A stretch of 64,000 nucleotides of DNA, taken from NCBI GenBank assembly GCA_964016885.1, contig OZ024743.1:286564001-286628000 (forward strand), written 5' to 3'. Below the pieces are notes generated by a model, which worked only from the letters and a program-made list of their open reading frames with translations, did no database searches and was not told the origin of the DNA. Source of the stretch: Eledone cirrhosa (lineage: Eukaryota). Positions within the stretch are counted from its first letter, which is position 1. Every line of letters starts with the position of its first letter. The position numbers and the translations under genes were made by a program. Positions 41,901-47,900 of the stretch are shown in pieces.

Positions 41901-44900
41901 ATGCCAAAGACATGTCAACAACCATAGTGCTGGTGTCATAATAAAATACTCTCAGTAGAGTGTGGGAATGTATGTAAGTGAGATGAAGTCCCATAGTCCT
42001 TCTGAGCACTCAACAGAGTGCGAAACATATGTAAGTGAGATGCAATCCATCTGCTTGAGTACTGAATTGGCCTGTGAAGACATCTCTCATCCTCACTAAC
42101 AGAGAAACATATTAAATGATGAGGATGTAGTTTGTTGGTTGTCAAAAGGTTGGTGCTTGATCCGTCATCATCATCATTTTACGTCCGCTTTTCCCTGCTT
42201 GCAAGAGTGGGACGGGTCTTACTAAGCACAACATCTCTCCATTCGTTACGGTCCTTTGTCATCTCGGTGAGCTGCAGCAACCTGAGGTCTGCTCTCACCA
42301 CCTCCGCCCATGTTTTTCGTGGTCTTCCTTCTACTGGGAATTCTTGGCACTTCTTTACCCAGCGGTCATCTTCCATGCGCATCACATGTCCATACCAACG
42401 CAGTCTTCTCTTCCGCACACTACAACCTAGCCCTCTTATAAAACAGTTTCTCTCTCAACTCGTCTTTCTTGGACGTTTACGCACATTGGCACTGCACATC
42501 CAACAGAGCATGCTTGCTTCATTTCTCTCTAGCCATCTACTTATCAACACTTTTGTCTTAGCTAGGTTTACTCTCAGTCCTCTTGATTCCAACTGCTGTT
42601 TCCATAGCCAGAATTTATTTTATAGCTCCTCTACTGATTCTGCTATAAGTACCAGATCATTAGCATAGAGAAGTTCCCATGGGCAGCCAGTCTTAAACTC
42701 CCCTATTATGGCTTGGAGGACTATAACGAATAAGAGAGGGCTGAGGACCAAACCCTGCTGTACTCCTACTTGTATCTGGAATTCCTCACTAAACATTCCT
42801 ACTCTCACTTTACTGACAGCACCCCTGTACATAGCTTGCACTGTCCTCACAAGCCATTCCTCTACACCTAGTTTCCTTAGGGACAAGATGGCAGATCGGG
42901 GTACTCTATCAAAGGCCTTCTCTAGGTCAACAAAAGCTAACTATAATGGCTTATTCTTCTCTAAGAACCTCTCTTGTTGTTGTCCCACTAAGAAGAGGGC
43001 ATTTGTTGCACTTTTCCCAGGCACAAAACCAAACTGCATCTCATCTAATTTGACCCTTTCTCTAATTAGTTGCGCTAGTATTCTCTCTGCCACTTTCATA
43101 ACCTGATCCATCAGTTTTATGCCTCTATAATTGCCCCTCTCCAGAGCATCCCCTTTACCTTTGTAGCAATTTATAAGGATACTACTGCATCAGTCTTTGG
43201 GTATGACTCCACCATATATAGCTTGGCTGACAATGCGTGCAACCAGTTTAGTTCCTACTTCTCCTAATGCCTTCAGCATCTCAGCAACTATCCCTGATGG
43301 TCCAGCGGCCTTAATTGCCTCTTGGACCCTATAGTCATCAATCTCAATAGCTGGTCCCTCTGTTGGGTCTACCAGGAGTAGTTTCTCTCTCTCCCATTCA
43401 TTCTCAACATTTATCAGTCTCTCATAATGACATTTCCAGGCTTCCTTTTTCTGAGCATCAGTGACATTAAGTACACCCGCATCATTTCGGACACACTTAT
43501 TTCCAACATCTTGATTTACACTGACGCACTGCCTTGCAATGCGGAACACCGCCCGTCTCTGATCTTCTCGTTGCAGAACATTGGCAAACCTCCTACTCTC
43601 AGCTTCCCTGCGTACTAAGTACACCTGATGTCTACCTTCTCTTTTAGCGGATGTGTATCAGTCTCTACTCCCACCATTTTCCCAAGCCTTTCATGCTAGT
43701 CTTTTGTCTCTAATGGCCCTATCTACCATGCTGTTCCACCACCAGGTCACCCTCTGTCTGGTTGGAGCTCTGCTCCAGCCACAAGTTTCTTCAGTAGCCT
43801 GCAGTAAGTTGTTACGTAAGAAATTCCAGTTATCATCTATGTCATACGATTCTAGCTTGTCTTCTTTTTCATCATACACATCTTGAAGGGCTTACCTAAA
43901 TTTATATTTTAGTGAAATATAGGTTTTGTGAAATTATACGACAATGGATTTCTTTTCTTTTTGAGAAAGCCAAAAAACAGATATCCAAAACAAGAAAGAT
44001 GATGCTGATGATGATGATATGTTCACAAAATTAAATAAAGTTACTCACATTTTCAATGAAAAATTATGATGCTCATTGCATTCAAAACTATCTCTTGTTT
44101 ATTTCTTAAGAAACTTAATTTGTTTGACCAAATGAATCACAAATTTCATCAGTTACTAAGTTACTGTTAATCAAGAATGATCTAACAACTAGTGATTTGT
44201 AAAAATATAGCAGTCATCTTAATGCTCTCTAAATGGACATGGAAAACCATTTTCAAGACATTGAGACCCCATTTGATGTGAATACATTTAAAGTGGAAGT
44301 TACTTACTAGTCAGAACTATTGCAATTAAAGTATGATGGCAGAACAAGAAAATGTCCAAACTCTATCGGCATTTATGGAACAATTACTATTACTGTATAT
44401 ATTCGAATGGAAGCCGAACCCACTATTTTATGTTTGAGAAATGGGCAAAAATCCCAACCTTATTTACGTAAAATTTGAAGTTGGTGAAAATTTTCAAAAT
44501 ATTGACCTCAAATATAAATCGACCCCCACCCTTCTACCACCAATTTTTTGGTCACATATTCTTGGCTTATATTCAAGTATATATGGTAATAACTTTCTCT
44601 AGCTCATATTAGGTTGAACCAGGATTTAGTATAGTGAACAAGATTCTTAACAAGGAAATTTACACACATTTCTGAGTAAAATATAACCAAATATAAAAGA
44701 TTTAGTTACCAAGCCTCAAAAAATGATCTCATTAAAAGGTAAATACTAATTAAATATAATTCCCCCTCCAGTATAATTTTTTAGCTTTAAACAGAAAAAA
44801 AAAACAATAAAAAGATATCAATAGTGGTAATTAAAGGCAATTGCAAATTTAATTTATTACTAATTTTATCAGTTTTTTTTTACTTAATGCTGTATTGTAG

Positions 44901-47900
44901 AAATATTTTCAAATTTTACTTTAGCTGGACTGTGGCATGTAATTTTTCTAAAATATGTCAAAGTAAATGGTGAGTAGACCCCCCCCCCCCAAAAAAAAAC
45001 CCCAGGTTGAATACATATTGGAATGTATTTATGTATATATAGTAGCCAAAGCTAACAGCCAATGAAAAGATGACATTCCAACTTACAGAGCTCATTCCTG
45101 CAGGTAGACAACTTTGTACCAATAGCAACAAGTAGAGAGGTCATTTAGCGACCCAGGGTAGCAGAAGTTTCCACCATGATAGATTTGACAATGAATCTAT
45201 CAGAAAGTGGGCTGATACATCAACAGTATGTGATTTTCATCTTGTCGAGCAACAATACCTGGGTCTGTCAAGGAATTCACCAGGTTGCTGCCAGAGAAAG
45301 TGCCGTTGCATGTCATATCCCAAATAAAGAGGTTTACAACTGCGAGATAGGAAGGTTGTGATGCCATCTGGCCCTTTATTGTCCTCTTAGTCTAACCCCA
45401 TTGGTTTGAGCTGTGGTAGCAAACCAGAAGCGTCCAAATCACATTGAGAGCAGCATGGCTGGAAAGTACAAGCATGTAGGTAGTGTGACAGCAGATGAAG
45501 GCCAAATATATCTACAAGTATTTATGTTGCTCCCAAATTTGAGGGTTAAGCCTTAGGAAAACACTAATACAGAAGCAGACACTGGCCAACTGAGTATTCT
45601 TCTGAAGAATCAATAAGCAATCAGATTTGCAGTATTGTTAGATCCTGTTGTATTTTATTACAGCTCTTTACGCTCAGTGTTCAAATCCTGCCAAAATCGA
45701 CTTTGCCTTTCATCTTTCTGAGATCGATAAAGTAAAGCATGTCAAGTAATGGGATTGATTTTATATGTTCTATAAAGCATTCTAGAAGTTAATTGAATTA
45801 TAATTCATGACAGATTTAAAGTAACAGATTTAAAGATATTTTACTCAACGCCTACGACAGTAAAGAAGAACAGATAGAGACATTTAACGTAGAAGAGAAC
45901 TGGGAGTTCCTAAAAAATAACTTACTAGAGGCGACGGATGAGGTTTGTGGCTGGAGTAAGACCTCAAGCAGGAGGAGAGTGACTTGGTGGTGGAACAATA
46001 AGGTAGATGAAGCAGTCAAGGCCAAGAGACAGGCATGGAAAGAATGGAAGAACGGGGGGAGCAGGGTACATTACATAGAGACCAAGAGGGAAGCTAGGCG
46101 ACAAGTATACTTAGCTAGGAGGGAAGCAGAGGATAGAAAATTCAAGCATGTTTTACAACGTGAGGACCAGAAACAGGAGGTATTCAAGATTGCGAGGCAG
46201 TGTGTCAGAGATAGTTGTGATGTCATTGGAGAGAAGTGTATCCGGAATGATAAAGGTGAGCTTGCCCTCACAAGTGCTGAGAAGAAAGATGCATGGAAGA
46301 GTCATTATGATAGATTACTAAATGAGGAGAATGCATGGGAAGAAGAGACCCTACCCCACGTAGACCCTATAGAGGGACCAGCAGTACAAGTCAGCGGCAG
46401 CGTAGTAAGTAAGGCAATCAGAGATATGAAGATAGGGAAGGCAACCGGTCCATCGGGTATAGCTGCCGAGATGCTGAAGGCATCTGGGTCTGTAGGTCAC
46501 ACTATAACCACACGTATCGTTAACCAGGTAATACTAGAGGGGGCCATACCAAAAGATTGGTGCAGTAGCATCATTGTCAACTGCTACAAAGGTAAAGGCG
46601 ATGCACTAGATAGAGGAAACTATAGAGGTATAAAGTTGATGGACCAGGTCATGAAAGTAACAGAAAGAGTTATAGCACAGCTGATTAGGGACCGGGTGAA
46701 TATAGACGAGATGCAATTTGGGTTTGTACCAGGGAAAGGCACCACTGATGCGCTCTTCCTTGTGAGGCAATTACAGGAAAAGTACCTAGCTAAAAGTAAG
46801 CCACTCTACTTGGCATTTGTCGACCTTGAGAAAGCCTTTGACAGAGTTCCACGTGCAGTAATCTGGTGGGCTCTTAGAAAACTAGGAGTAGATGAATGGC
46901 TTGTGAAAGCGGTACAAGCCATGTATAGGGGAGCAGTCAGCAAAGTTAGGATTGGCAATGAGTATAGCGAGGAATTTAGCGTACAGGTTGGGGTCCACCA
47001 GGGCTCTGTTCTTAGCCCTCTCCTGTTCATCATAGTCCTGCAGGCAATAACGGAGGAGTTTAAGACCGGATGCCCATGGGAACTCCTGTATGCTGATGAC
47101 CTCGCACTCATAGCTGAATCTATGGTAGAACTAGAGAATAAATTCCAAACCTGGAAGCAGGGACTAAAGAGAAAGGGCCTCAAAGTCAACATGACAAAGA
47201 CTAAGGTCCTTATAAGTAGACGAGAAAACAGAACCCAGATCCCCTCAGGGAAATGGCCTTGCTCAGTATGTAGGAAAGGTGTAGGTAGGAACTCCATTCT
47301 TTGCCCCAAATGCAAACAATGGGTACACAAGAGATGTAGCGGGATCTCAGGAAGCTTAATTAAGAATGTAGGATTCACATGCAGCAGCTGTGCTGAAACA
47401 GCAAGCAAACAGCCACAGGAAACAAGTACCACCAATCTCTGGGAGGGCCCTGTAGAAACAGTAGACAGCTTCTGCTACCTAGGTGACCGAATTAGCAACG
47501 GAGGTGGATGCTCAGAAAGTACAATAACTAGGGTAAGAACGGGATGGAAGAAGTTTAGGGAACTACTACCACTGCTAGCTGCAAAAGGCTTCTCCCTCAG
47601 AATGAAAGGCAGACTGTATGATGCGTGTATCCGAACAGCGATGTTGCATGGTAGTGAGACCTGGGCGCTGAAGGTGGAAGACTTACGTAGATTAGAGAGA
47701 AACGAAGCCTGCATGCTCCGATGGATGTGTAACAGTAATATAGGTGAACGACAAAGCATAAATGAATTGAGAGAGAGACTGAGCATAAGAGGAATCAAAT
47801 GCTGCGTGCAGGAGAGGCGGTTACGCTGGTATGGACATGTGATGCGTATGAAGGATGACAGCTGCATAAAAAGGTGCAGAGCACTAGAAGTTGATGGAAA

